Origin: an uncultured Mycoplasmatota bacterium
GTDB taxonomy: Bacteria > Bacillota_I > Bacilli_A > RF39 > UBA660
Reading direction: 5' to 3'
Length of the DNA stretch: 64,000 nucleotides
NCBI GenBank assembly: GCA_937944975.1
Contig: CALEBF010000004.1
Location: forward strand, 9,759-73,758
Within the stretch, counting starts at the first letter, position 1; each line of letters begins with the position of its first letter. Positions 46,260 through 56,142 of this stretch are shown in pieces. Both the position numbers and the translations under genes were made by a program. Under the pieces are notes generated by a model. The model saw nothing but the letters and a program-made list of their open reading frames with translations. It did not search any database and had not been told where the DNA came from.

Positions 46260-47120
46260 ATGAAGCGTTTAAGAAAAATAGGTTCTATCTTTTTCGCTTT
46301 AATGATTACATTATGTGTGATTGGCGCTGTTGCAATACAACAGTTTCAAATTGTTGTGAGTGAAAATCACATAGAAGAAAGTTTATACGAGGCAGATTAC
46401 GAGACTTTGTTTCAAATGATCGAGCTAGAGCAAGGAACATTACTAGATCAAATCAACTCGTTAGTAGGAGCGCGTCCTTGGATCGGGGCGAGTACGACGG
46501 ATATATTACAGACGGATCTTATTTCTACTTTGGTAAAAACGGTAATCGAAAATCAAAAGGAAAATAAACTAGATCATCGTTTGTCAAAAGCAGAATTATT
46601 TACCATTTTAAACGAACATAGTACGATGATTGAAAGAGATTTTCAAATGAGATGGGATGATCAAACCAAAGAGTTCATTTTAAGACAAATGGCAGAAGAT
46701 ATCTACCAACTGATCGATCAAATTCCCGATGAGGTCTATCAAATTGTCGTCAATTCATCAGATATCAATATGTTGTTAAATGAAAATATTAGTTGGATTA
46801 TATTGTTGATTGCTGGTGTTTTTATAGTAGGTCTTTGGATGTTAAATTTAAATCGTAATTTTTTTCTTTATCTTATGATTCCGATAGGACTGGTTGTACT
46901 TTATTCATTTGTTTTCACGCAATTTTCTCAGTTTGCGATCGCAAGTGCAACGACGCCACAATTAGCATTTGCCGTTGATTTGTTAGGACCATATATAGAT
47001 GAGACGGTGAAATGGACAGAACAAGTGGGATGGATCGTATTCGGCATCATGATCGGCGTAGGAACGATCTACTTGATATGTACTTTGTGGCAAAGAAAAA
47101 GAGAAATTCCATCGAGATAG
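46260..47120 (+). CDS. Hypothetical integral membrane protein
   Basis: AGGAGGAG RBS. N-terminal TM helix, a soluble domain of about 170 aa, then three to four C-terminal TM helices. Confidence 0.55.
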   Translation: MKRLRKIGSIFFALMITLCVIGAVAIQQFQIVVSENHIEESLYEADYETLFQMIELEQGTLLDQINSLVGARPWIGASTTDILQTDLISTLVKTVIENQKENKLDHRLSKAELFTILNEHSTMIERDFQMRWDDQTKEFILRQMAEDIYQLIDQIPDEVYQIVVNSSDINMLLNENISWIILLIAGVFIVGLWMLNLNRNFFLYLMIPIGLVVLYSFVFTQFSQFAIASATTPQLAFAVDLLGPYIDETVKWTEQVGWIVFGIMIGVGTIYLICTLWQRKREIPSR

Positions 47121-47131
47121 GAGGGTTAATT

Positions 47132-48595
47132 ATGACAGATGTAGATAAAGCGGATGTAAAAGAATACGAATATAGGAGAAGAATTATCGAGTTAGAAACG
47201 GAGAAAAATCTCGAAAAGCAAAAAGTGATGCAAATGGAACTTCAATATCAACAATTGAAGGGGCAATGTCATTATCTAGAAGAGTTGGTTGCATTACAGA
47301 ATGCGAAATTAAATAGCAAGGGATGGAAAGCATTAGAAAAAATGAGGAAGGTAGTTTATTGTTGCCGTCATTTTTCAAACCCAAAAAAAGTGACTTCGTC
47401 GCAGGAACAAGTTTTGGAACCTGACTTAGATAAGAAAGAGGAACAAAAGGTAAAAAAAGGCAAACCTTATCGCAGTCATTATGAAGAAGATCAAGATTTT
47501 TCTAAATATCACACAGATATTAAAACGTTGACATTTTATTTACCTCAATATCATACGTTTCCTGAAAATGACGAATGGTGGGGGAAAGGATTTACGGAAT
47601 GGGTAAATACCCGTAAAGCAAAACCTCTTTTTCCTGGACATTATCAGCCGAGAGAACCACACGACGATATTGGATACTATACGTTGGATAATAAAGAGAC
47701 GATAAAGCGTCAGATCGATTTAGCAAAAAGACACGGAATTTATGGATTTGCTTTTTACTATTATTGGTTTAGTGGAAAACGATTGATGGAAAAACCTGTC
47801 GATATATTTTTAGACAATAAAGACCTTGATTTTCCTTTTCTGTTCTGTTGGGCAAATGAAAACTGGACACGTGCATGGGATGGTTCACAACATGATATTA
47901 TTATGAAACAGGATTATAAGAAGGATGACTATCGAGCTTTTATACGAGACATTAAAAAATATTTGATGGATGAACGGTATATTCGGGTCGATGGAAAACC
48001 AATTATTATGATATATAATATTGCGGAAATTCCAAATTTAGAGGAACTTGTCAATGCTTGGCGTGTTTGTGCAAGAGAAGAAGGAATTGGGGAGATTCTC
48101 GTTTGGATTCGTTATCCTATGCAAAAAAATGAGCATGAATTTGCAGGAATCGTCGATGCAGAATTCGACTTTGCGCCTCATTATTTTGCTGGGGTGGAGA
48201 ATCATGTGGATGACCTTCCAAGCAAAGAAGTGTACGATTATGAAAAGATTGTAGACCAAGCGATCGAAAGATATCAGCCACATTTTCCAATTATTCCATT
48301 TTACTATTCTTGTACCATGGGATGGGATAACACTCCTCGCCGTAAAGAAAATCCAATGATATTTTATGGTTACTCACCTAAGAAATTTTACGATTGGGTT
48401 CGAACCGTTGTCAAGTTTACGAGAAAGAGACATCGTGAAGAAGATAGATTTATTTTTGTAAATGCATGGAACGAATGGGCTGAAGGAACGTATTTAGAGC
48501 CCGATAAAAAGTATGGGTATACGAATATCAATACACTTTCGAAAGCAATTTTCGATTTACCTTATCAGGAACGTAAAGTGAAAAAGAAAGATTAA
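47132..48595 (+). CDS. WbsX-family (GH99-like) glycosyltransferase with N-terminal coiled coil
   Basis: GGAGGG RBS upstream of ATG 47132. FYLPQYHTFPENDEWWGKGFTEWVN, GFAFYYYWF and NAWNEWAEG are the WbsX signature blocks. Confidence 0.8.
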   Translation: MTDVDKADVKEYEYRRRIIELETEKNLEKQKVMQMELQYQQLKGQCHYLEELVALQNAKLNSKGWKALEKMRKVVYCCRHFSNPKKVTSSQEQVLEPDLDKKEEQKVKKGKPYRSHYEEDQDFSKYHTDIKTLTFYLPQYHTFPENDEWWGKGFTEWVNTRKAKPLFPGHYQPREPHDDIGYYTLDNKETIKRQIDLAKRHGIYGFAFYYYWFSGKRLMEKPVDIFLDNKDLDFPFLFCWANENWTRAWDGSQHDIIMKQDYKKDDYRAFIRDIKKYLMDERYIRVDGKPIIMIYNIAEIPNLEELVNAWRVCAREEGIGEILVWIRYPMQKNEHEFAGIVDAEFDFAPHYFAGVENHVDDLPSKEVYDYEKIVDQAIERYQPHFPIIPFYYSCTMGWDNTPRRKENPMIFYGYSPKKFYDWVRTVVKFTRKRHREEDRFIFVNAWNEWAEGTYLEPDKKYGYTNINTLSKAIFDLPYQERKVKKKD

Positions 48596-48623
48596 GATTC
48601 AAAAGCATTCTTTTGAATCTTTT
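48595..48623 (+). terminator. Rho-independent terminator
   Basis: 11-bp stem AGATTCAAAAG / CTTTTGAATCT followed by TTT. Confidence 0.8.
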
Positions 48624-48675
48624 CTATTGTACTTTGGTAGAGCATAGGCTATAATAGAGGCAAGAGGTGAGATGA

Positions 48676-49092
48676 ATGTTTTATGGTTGGCTTATCTTGG
48701 TAATTGTACTTGCTGTAATCGAAGTAATCACAGTGAATTTAACGACGATTTGGTTTGTCGTAAGTGGGATCGTCGCCATGATTTTGTCGTTTTTTACAGA
48801 TAGCATTACAGCACAAGTTGCCGCTTTTGTACTCCTTGGAATTTTTTTATTGATCGTTACAAAGCCTATATTGAAAAAGTATTTTCATCGACCAAAGATC
48901 GAGACAAATTTAGATCGGGTGATTGGAATGGAAGGATTAGTAACAGAAAAGATTACAAAGACAACTGGAGAAGTGAAAGCGGACGGAAAACTTTGGACGG
49001 CTTATGCGGATGAAGAGATTATGCCTGATACCGTCGTAAAGATTGTGCAAAGGACAGGCGTGAAAATTAAGGTAGAGAAAGAAGGAGAGTAA
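48676..49092 (+). CDS. NfeD-family membrane protein
   Basis: Three TM helices and a C-terminal OB-like soluble domain (GEVKADGKLWTAYADEEI). Located upstream of an SPFH gene. Confidence 0.85.
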   Translation: MFYGWLILVIVLAVIEVITVNLTTIWFVVSGIVAMILSFFTDSITAQVAAFVLLGIFLLIVTKPILKKYFHRPKIETNLDRVIGMEGLVTEKITKTTGEVKADGKLWTAYADEEIMPDTVVKIVQRTGVKIKVEKEGE

Positions 49093-49093
49093 T

Positions 49094-49981
49094 ATGGAAA
49101 TATTTATTGTTTTAATTGTTTTGGTAGTTGTACTTGTGATACCAAATATTAAAATTGTCCCACAAGCAAAAGCTTATGTATTAGAGAGAATTGGATCTTA
49201 TCATGAAACATGGCGCAATGGATTACATGTGAAAATTCCATTTTTAGATCGGGTTGCCAATGTTGTTTCTTTAAAGGAAATCGTCAAGGATTTCGCACCA
49301 CAACCAGTGATTACAAAAGATAACGTTACGATGCAGATCGATACTGTCGTATATTTTCAAATTACAGATGCGAAATTATACACCTATGGTGTTGAGAACC
49401 CAATCAATGCGATTGAAAACTTAACAGCAACGACACTTCGTAATATTATTGGAGAATTAGAATTAGATCAAACTTTGACATCTCGAGATATTATTAATTC
49501 TAAAATGCGTTCTATCTTGGATGAAGCGACGGATCCTTGGGGAATTAAAGTAAACCGTGTCGAAGTAAAAAATATAGTACCACCGCGTGATATTCAGGAT
49601 GCAATGGAAAAGCAAATGCGTGCTGAACGTGAACGTCGTGAGAAAATTTTACAGGCAGAAGGGGAGAAGAAATCTAGTATTCTAATTGCCGAGGGAGAAA
49701 AAGAAAGTGCGATTTTAAGAGCAGAGGCAAAAAAAGAATCTCAGATTAAGATCGCTGAAGGAGAAGCAGAGGCGCTGATCAAGTTAAAACAAGCTGAAGC
49801 TGATGGAATTCGTTTGTTGAAGGAAGCAAAAGCGGATCCGGCAGTTCTTACATTGAAGAGCTTAGAGACATTAAAAAATGTGGCAGATGGGCAATCGACG
49901 AAAATTATCGTTCCTTCTGACCTTCAAAATATCGCAACGCTTGGAACAACCATAAAAGAAATGATGACAGATAAAAAATAA
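49094..49981 (+). CDS. SPFH/band-7 (stomatin-like) protein
   Basis: N-terminal TM helix, an SPFH core (VPQAKAYVLERIG..., TKDNVTMQIDTVVYFQITD), and an Ala/Glu-rich coiled coil. Confidence 0.9.
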   Translation: MEIFIVLIVLVVVLVIPNIKIVPQAKAYVLERIGSYHETWRNGLHVKIPFLDRVANVVSLKEIVKDFAPQPVITKDNVTMQIDTVVYFQITDAKLYTYGVENPINAIENLTATTLRNIIGELELDQTLTSRDIINSKMRSILDEATDPWGIKVNRVEVKNIVPPRDIQDAMEKQMRAERERREKILQAEGEKKSSILIAEGEKESAILRAEAKKESQIKIAEGEAEALIKLKQAEADGIRLLKEAKADPAVLTLKSLETLKNVADGQSTKIIVPSDLQNIATLGTTIKEMMTDKK

Positions 49982-50002
49982 AGACTCAACTTGAGTCTTT
50001 TT
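49981..50002. terminator. Bidirectional terminator
   Basis: Stem AAGACTCAA / TTGAGTCTT flanked by A- and T-runs. Confidence 0.75.
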
Positions 50003-51131
50003 AATTTGTATAACGTAGTGATTCGTTTGATATATTGAAGAATATTCCAGCCATGATCATGTAACTCAATAAACTAGAACCACCGTAACTGATAAACGGT
50101 AAGGTGATACCGGTAATTGGCATCAGCCCAAATGTCATTCCAATATTTTGCAGTTGTTGATAAATTAACATTCCAACGATTCCAGAGATGACATATTTAT
50201 TTAAATTGGATGTGTTTTTGATGGCGATTGTAATGAGTTTAATATCGAAAAAGACGATAAGAGATAATAGCGCCAGTGTTCCAATAAATCCAAAGTTACT
50301 TCCGAAAACTGCAAAGATGAAGTCCGTTTGTGGTTCTGGGAAATAGACAGGGGTATGATTGAATCCGTTTCCGAATAATCCACCGGATCCGATTGCACTA
50401 ATTCCGTTTTGCAATTGAAATCCGCTTTTATTTGACCAATCGAGAAGTCGATCGACTCGCAAGAAGAAACTCGTTCCAAAGATATCGACAAATAAATCAG
50501 TACTGATAAAATAAATAACTAGGACGACTGCTATCACAAAGGCGATAATTCCAAAGCCAATCAGGAACCAACGATAGCGAATACCAGCGACAAATAGCAT
50601 TACGGTCGTAATTAACAAGTAGATGAGAACGACTCCTGTATCAGGTTGGAGAAAAGTTAAAATACTGGGTATTAAAACGACAATACCGACTTTAATTAAA
50701 AATTTAAACTCTTCCATCAAGGTAGGGTTGTTAAAGTTTTCATTAAAATCGTGAATGAGAGTTCCGATTGCAATAATTAGAATGATCTTCATAAATTCAC
50801 TTGGTTGAAATGTACCAATTCCTGGAATGGTAAACCAACATTTTGCATCGTTAATTGGAGTACCAAAGATGAGAAGTAGGATGAGCATTACAATGCCAAT
50901 ACCATATAGGATCCAAATGTTTCGATAGATAAAATCGTTTCCGATAAACATGATAAAGTATGCGAGTCCAAACCCAATGATGTACCATACTAGTTGTCGG
51001 AATGCCAAATCGTGCATATAACCAGGTAACATGGATTGTGCACTATAAATTGTTAAAATGCTGATCATAGCAAATAAAATCATTGGAATTAGAATCCAAC
51101 GATCCACTTTATATTTAGAAATGTTTTTCAT
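50001..51131 (-). CDS. FtsW/RodA/SpoVE-family (SEDS) peptidoglycan glycosyltransferase
   Basis: ATG 51131 follows an AGGTGAG RBS. Ten TM helices. The blocks LQPSEFMK-like (FQPSEFMKI), PEPQTDFIFAV and LPFISYGGSS are present. Confidence 0.88.
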   Translation of the reverse strand: MKNISKYKVDRWILIPMILFAMISILTIYSAQSMLPGYMHDLAFRQLVWYIIGFGLAYFIMFIGNDFIYRNIWILYGIGIVMLILLLIFGTPINDAKCWFTIPGIGTFQPSEFMKIILIIAIGTLIHDFNENFNNPTLMEEFKFLIKVGIVVLIPSILTFLQPDTGVVLIYLLITTVMLFVAGIRYRWFLIGFGIIAFVIAVVLVIYFISTDLFVDIFGTSFFLRVDRLLDWSNKSGFQLQNGISAIGSGGLFGNGFNHTPVYFPEPQTDFIFAVFGSNFGFIGTLALLSLIVFFDIKLITIAIKNTSNLNKYVISGIVGMLIYQQLQNIGMTFGLMPITGITLPFISYGGSSLLSYMIMAGIFFNISNESLRYTN

Positions 51132-51267
51132 AATCTCACCTAACAATATATTACACTAATTCATAATCGGTTTCAATAAAGGAAGGAAAATCTGACATAT
51201 TTTTTAAGGAATCAAAGAAAAATTGTAAAAAATATGAATTTTATAGTATAATGATAGTGGTGATAAA

Positions 51268-51582
51268 ATGGAATATGTACAATATATTATAATTATTGTT
51301 ATTTTACTTATTATAGCAATTGCGATTACGAGATCGAAGAAAAAAGACTTTAAAATGGAAGCGAATAAGTTAGTAGGTTACTTAGGTGGAAAAGCGAATA
51401 TTTTAGATTATGAATTTCACAAGTCTCGATTTATTGTCAACGTAAGAGATGTGGATAAAGTCAATAAAGATGCCATTCAAAAGCTGGGTGCACAGGGAAT
51501 TGTAGAGATCGATAATCAGTTGAAAATTATTCTCGGTGAAGATGCACAACAATTAAAAAAATATATCGACGCATTAAAGTGA
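51268..51582 (+). CDS. Membrane-anchored PTS EIIB-like domain protein lacking the phospho-cysteine
   Basis: TM helix, then LGGKANILDYEFHKSRFIVNVRD, which aligns with the EIIB(Glc) motif GGxxNI-x5-CxTRLR. Cys is replaced by His. Confidence 0.55.
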   Translation: MEYVQYIIIIVILLIIAIAITRSKKKDFKMEANKLVGYLGGKANILDYEFHKSRFIVNVRDVDKVNKDAIQKLGAQGIVEIDNQLKIILGEDAQQLKKYIDALK

Positions 51583-51603
51583 TAAATTTCATCACTTTTT
51601 TTC
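51577..51603 (+). terminator. Rho-independent terminator
   Basis: Stem AAGTGAT / ATCACTT followed by a T-run. Confidence 0.7.
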
Positions 51604-51660
51604 TTTTTTCGACAATCCTCGACAGATGGATACTGTTATAATGGGATCAGAGGTGAGAAA

Positions 51661-52899
51661 ATGAATTTATTTGAAACGATCTTAATTCATATTGTAAGTA
51701 TTACATTTCCATTAGTACTATATTTATTTTATTTAGCATATCAGAAGGGAATCGGAAAAGAGGAAAATAAATTGCTGTTAGACTTTGCATTTATTTCATC
51801 TTTTTACCTATCTACAAGATTTTATATGATGGGATCTTCTGAAATTAATTACTTGTTTTTACATATTCCACTATGGATGGCTTATTGTTACCATCAAAAG
51901 TTTAGCATTTTTGTATTATCTATCTTACTTTGTTTCTATGGTGGAAATTTATTTCAAGTACAACCGTATTATTTTATATTAGAATACGTGTTATATGGAG
52001 TTTTGTACTACGTTGGTATCAAAGGAAAAGTTCATCGGCGCTTATTAGAGCAAGGATTGATTTTCATTAGCGGAGTTATTTTATTATTGATATATTTCTT
52101 TATATCTGCGCCTACCAAAGTAGTGTGGATCAACGTGTTGTTTGCAATAGGATATATTGCATTATTAGAACTTGCCACACAATTTATTTTATACTTATTT
52201 GAAAAAGGGGAACAGATCTTAAAGTTTCATATGACGGTGAAAGAATTGGAAAGAGAAAAACAGATTCGAACATCGTTATTTAAAATTACGCATGAAATCA
52301 AAAATCCGATTGCTGTATGTAAAGGGTATTTAGATATGTTAGATACGAAGAATCAAGAACATGTCGATACTTATATTCCAATTATGAAAGAGGAAATCGA
52401 TCGTACATTAGTGTTGTTACAGGATTTTTTATCGATGACAAAAGTAAAAGTAGAGAAGGATATTTTAGATATTAATTTATTGTTAGAAGAAGTTACAAGT
52501 CACTTTTTACCAATTCTAAAAGAGAAAAAAATTCAACCTGATTTTCATATTATGGACGATGAGGTATATATTAATGGAGATTATCACAGGTTATCACAAG
52601 TGATCGTGAATCTTTTAAAGAATAGTGTCGAAGCGATGGAAGGTGGAGGTACTTTATCTGTTTCGAGTAAAATTACCAATGATCACCAAGTAGAGATTCA
52701 AGTGAAGGATGAAGGTTGTGGTATTTCTAGGGAAAATTTAAAGAGAATGACAGAGCCTTTCTTTACGACGAAAAGGAAAGGAACAGGATTGGGAGTATCA
52801 TTATCGAACGAGATTATCTTAGCTCACGAAGGGACGATGAAATATCAGTCGACAGAAGGAAAAGGAACGACAGTTACTATTTTGTTACATCAGATGTAA
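51661..52899 (+). CDS. Orphan sensor histidine kinase with polytopic membrane sensor domain
   Basis: About six TM helices. H-box ITHEIKNPIAV, N-box LLKNSVEA, G-boxes DEGCGI and GTGLGV. No adjacent response regulator. Confidence 0.85.
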   Translation: MNLFETILIHIVSITFPLVLYLFYLAYQKGIGKEENKLLLDFAFISSFYLSTRFYMMGSSEINYLFLHIPLWMAYCYHQKFSIFVLSILLCFYGGNLFQVQPYYFILEYVLYGVLYYVGIKGKVHRRLLEQGLIFISGVILLLIYFFISAPTKVVWINVLFAIGYIALLELATQFILYLFEKGEQILKFHMTVKELEREKQIRTSLFKITHEIKNPIAVCKGYLDMLDTKNQEHVDTYIPIMKEEIDRTLVLLQDFLSMTKVKVEKDILDINLLLEEVTSHFLPILKEKKIQPDFHIMDDEVYINGDYHRLSQVIVNLLKNSVEAMEGGGTLSVSSKITNDHQVEIQVKDEGCGISRENLKRMTEPFFTTKRKGTGLGVSLSNEIILAHEGTMKYQSTEGKGTTVTILLHQM

Positions 52900-52911
52900 C
52901 AAAAAAGGATA

Positions 52912-54600
52912 TTAGCTATTACGCTTAATATCCATAATGACAGGGAGAATAATTGGTTTTCTTCCTGTTTTTTCATATATATAACTTGTCAGTTCTGTCA
53001 TGATTGCACTTTTCATATCGCTATAGTTGACACGATCTTTTAATGTCGATTCGATTGCTCGTTTACTAATATGTTCTAAGTCGTGTAATAGAGCAATGTT
53101 ATCGTTGACTAAGACGAAACCACGTGTCGTAATATTTGGATTACTTAACAGCATCTTCTTTTTCGTATCGATGTTACAAATGACGATGACGATCCCATCG
53201 TTTGCCATGATCTTTCTATCTTTAATGACAGCCCCACCGACATCTCCAATACGATTTCCATCGACGTATACATCTCCTGCTTGTACAGTTCCATCTCTTT
53301 CAATTTTTCCTTTATACATAGAAAGTACGTCACCGTTTCCAAGGACGAATGTATTTTTCTTTGGAATATCACATTCTACTCCGAGATCAGCGTGTTGTTT
53401 TAACATGCGGTATTCTCCGTGGAATGGCATAAAGTATTTTGGTTTGATCAATCGTAACATTAGTTTTAATTCTTCTTGACTTCCATGTCCAGATGTGTGA
53501 ATGTCGCTAAGAGAAGTATTTGTGTAAACTTCTACACCACGCAAGTATAGTTTATTGATCGTTCTTGAAATGCTGAGTGCATTTCCTGGGATCGGACTAG
53601 AAGAGAAAACAACGACATCATCAGATTTTAATTTGATTTGACGATGTGTTCCGTTTGCAATTCTAGAAAGGGCGGCAAGTGGCTCTCCTTGTGATCCAGT
53701 ACAAAGTAGACATACCTTGTGATCTGGCAAATGGTTGGCCTCTTCTGGTGTGATAAAGATATCTTTATTTTTAATGTATCCACCTTGAATAGATATATCG
53801 ATATTCGTATCCATAGAACGCCCGAATGTCGCAATCTTTCTTCCGTTTTTATGACATGTTTCTACGATATGTTTTAGACGGTAAATATTACTTGCGAAAG
53901 TTGCGATGATAATTCTTCCATGATGCTTCTTAAAAATTTCTTGGAGTGCATTGTCTACCTTAGACTCACTCATACTCATTCCTTCGTTTAACGCATTGGT
54001 AGAATCACTCATAAGCAGGGTAACTCCACGTGAACCAATTTCTGCCATTTTGTGAAGGTTTGCCATTGGTCCGATTGGGGTTAAATCAAATTTAAAATCT
54101 CCCGTTGTTACGACGATTCCATTTGGTGTCGTAATACAAATTCCATGTGAATCCGGGATCGAATGCGTCGTACGGAAAAATTCTACTTCGATATTTTTGA
54201 ATTTTACTTTCGTCTTTTCATCGTATACGATTAAATTCTTATATTGAATGTTCCTTTCATCTAACTTTTTACGGATCAATCCTACTGCTTGATTTGGTGC
54301 ATAGATGACAGGAATGTTGACTGTTTGTAGTAAAAATGGAATACCTCCAATATGGTCTTCGTGACCGTGTGTAATAAAAAGTGCTTTAATTTTTTTCTCG
54401 TTTTTCTTTAAAAATGTAAAATCTGGAATAACGTAATCGATTCCCATAAGTTCTCCACCAGGGAAAGTAATTCCAGCATCGGTAATCACTAGTTCGTTTC
54501 CATGCATAACACAATACATGTTTTTACCGACTTCACCAAGTCCACCGAGTGCAAAAATCTTCGTTGCAACTTGATGATGATTATTATCAAATAACTTCAT
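52912..54600 (-). CDS. rnj: Ribonuclease J
   Basis: ATG 54600 follows an AAAGGAG RBS. Metallo-beta-lactamase motif THGHEDHIGG, beta-CASP, and a C-terminal domain. Confidence 0.93.
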   Translation of the reverse strand: MKLFDNNHHQVATKIFALGGLGEVGKNMYCVMHGNELVITDAGITFPGGELMGIDYVIPDFTFLKKNEKKIKALFITHGHEDHIGGIPFLLQTVNIPVIYAPNQAVGLIRKKLDERNIQYKNLIVYDEKTKVKFKNIEVEFFRTTHSIPDSHGICITTPNGIVVTTGDFKFDLTPIGPMANLHKMAEIGSRGVTLLMSDSTNALNEGMSMSESKVDNALQEIFKKHHGRIIIATFASNIYRLKHIVETCHKNGRKIATFGRSMDTNIDISIQGGYIKNKDIFITPEEANHLPDHKVCLLCTGSQGEPLAALSRIANGTHRQIKLKSDDVVVFSSSPIPGNALSISRTINKLYLRGVEVYTNTSLSDIHTSGHGSQEELKLMLRLIKPKYFMPFHGEYRMLKQHADLGVECDIPKKNTFVLGNGDVLSMYKGKIERDGTVQAGDVYVDGNRIGDVGGAVIKDRKIMANDGIVIVICNIDTKKKMLLSNPNITTRGFVLVNDNIALLHDLEHISKRAIESTLKDRVNYSDMKSAIMTELTSYIYEKTGRKPIILPVIMDIKRNS

Positions 54601-54842
54601 AAAATCTCCTTTCTTTTTTATAAATGAAAAAAATCGTTCATAAAAACATTGTTCTTTTTTGAACAAGATCATATTTTATTTTTTTGTAACCCGTCTAAAT
54701 TATTTTTATTTACATTTATAAAATACGTTGTTTGAAATCAAATTTCAAATTCACTCTCACATTATACTTGTTTTTTCGATATTTGTCCAGTCCTATTGTT
54801 TTTCAAAGGAAAAGTGTGTTACGATAATGTTGAGGGATGGAT

Positions 54843-55433
54843 ATGAATTGGAAAACAAAGTTTAAAAGAGCAATCTTAAAAGAAATACGCGAAGAAAGAG
54901 GGCAGCTTTATGCTGAAATATGTAAGCCTGCAATCGATGAGTATTTAGAGTGTATGGAAGAAAATGACTTTTCTTCTTATCTATCAGAAGAAGAGATGTA
55001 CGGATGTTTGAAAAAATATATTGCAGTACCGCCGCAAATTATTTTTATTTCGAAAGATGGAAAGATTTTTCACAAAAAAGCAAAACATAATGAGAATCAT
55101 ATCGTTGCAGTGAGAGAGTTTGTAAAAGAATATGTAGAACAACATCCAGATAGTTCACTAAGAAACATCAATCTGGAACGAGAAGATTTATTTCATTTGA
55201 TGCGTACAATACAAAAAGAACAGATTGAAATGTATTATATATGGCTCGATTGGATGGATTGTAACACATATTGTAATATTTGGCGAGGAGAGGGAGAAGC
55301 TCCCAAGAGGGATATGGTATCTCACATGATTTTTGAAGAATTGCTTCAAACAAACGAAGCTTATCACATAGAGGATGATACTTATATGATAGAAGGAATT
55401 CCAAGAAAAAGCATCGACCATATTGTAAGATAG
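54843..55433 (+). CDS. Hypothetical protein, tandem paralogue A
   Basis: GAGGG lies 6 nt upstream of ATG 54843 (ATG 54837 is also possible). It shares the block PPQIIFISKDGKIFHKKAKHNENHI with the next gene. Confidence 0.55.
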   Translation: MNWKTKFKRAILKEIREERGQLYAEICKPAIDEYLECMEENDFSSYLSEEEMYGCLKKYIAVPPQIIFISKDGKIFHKKAKHNENHIVAVREFVKEYVEQHPDSSLRNINLEREDLFHLMRTIQKEQIEMYYIWLDWMDCNTYCNIWRGEGEAPKRDMVSHMIFEELLQTNEAYHIEDDTYMIEGIPRKSIDHIVR

Positions 55434-55446
55434 GAGGATGAAAGCT

Positions 55447-56082
55447 ATGAGAGAACAGTTAGAAAAAGAGGAATTGCAGAATTGGAATATTACTTCAGAA
55501 GAAGAGTTACAGAACTTACAAGTGGCAATGGAAGAGTTTTTTACAAGTGTTAAAATGATGGGAATCGATGAAATTTCTGATGTTTTAGAAGGTTATGATA
55601 CGAGAGAAAAGTCTATTGAGTTAGCTAAGGCGCGATTACACCATTTTCTTCAAACTCCGGTTCAGCTATTTTTGGTTTCAAAGGATGGAGAATTTTATTT
55701 AAAAACAGGAACTTGCGCTGATTTTCATATCGATTTATTATTGGATTGGATCGAGGAAAATGCTTTTGATTTAAACATGGATCCCGATGAGCTGGAACTT
55801 TTGCTTCAAAAGAGAAATCAAATGGCGACATTTCGGACTATACTAGATCATTCCTATATGATAGGAAGAATTTTTTACGATATCGAAAGAGATGAAACAG
55901 GAGTTTTTGTAGAAGCCCCTGAAGTTCACACTGAAGCTCAAGAAAGAACATATCGACAATTGAAAGAGCAATATTTAGATAAAAATGGAGCACAATGGCT
56001 CGAGACTGGGGCATGTCGCATTCCAGGGAGCCCTGAGTATCCACTCACTGAAAATAGTTTCAAACAAAATAAAATGATGTGA
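55447..56082 (+). CDS. Hypothetical protein, tandem paralogue B
   Basis: AGGAGG is better spaced for ATG 55447 than for ATG 55438. It shares the block PVQLFLVSKDGEFYLKTGTCADFHI with the preceding gene. Confidence 0.55.
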   Translation: MREQLEKEELQNWNITSEEELQNLQVAMEEFFTSVKMMGIDEISDVLEGYDTREKSIELAKARLHHFLQTPVQLFLVSKDGEFYLKTGTCADFHIDLLLDWIEENAFDLNMDPDELELLLQKRNQMATFRTILDHSYMIGRIFYDIERDETGVFVEAPEVHTEAQERTYRQLKEQYLDKNGAQWLETGACRIPGSPEYPLTENSFKQNKMM

Positions 56083-56106
56083 GAATCTAGTATTTTCACA
56101 TTTTTT
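56078..56106 (+). terminator. Rho-independent terminator
   Basis: Stem TGTGAGAA / TTTTCACA with one mismatch, followed by TTTTTT. Confidence 0.55.
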
Positions 56107-56142
56107 CGTGTAAAATGGTAATAGAGTGGGAGAGGTGAATTT

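Noticed and set aside
47012-47131. 40-codon extension of the WbsX-like ORF.
   Set aside because: It overlaps the 3' end of the upstream membrane-protein gene in another frame. ATG 47132 has a GGAGGG RBS.
53027-53479. 150-aa plus-strand ORF.
   Set aside because: It is antisense to the well-supported RNase J gene, and its Ser/Phe/Ile-rich sequence shows no motifs.
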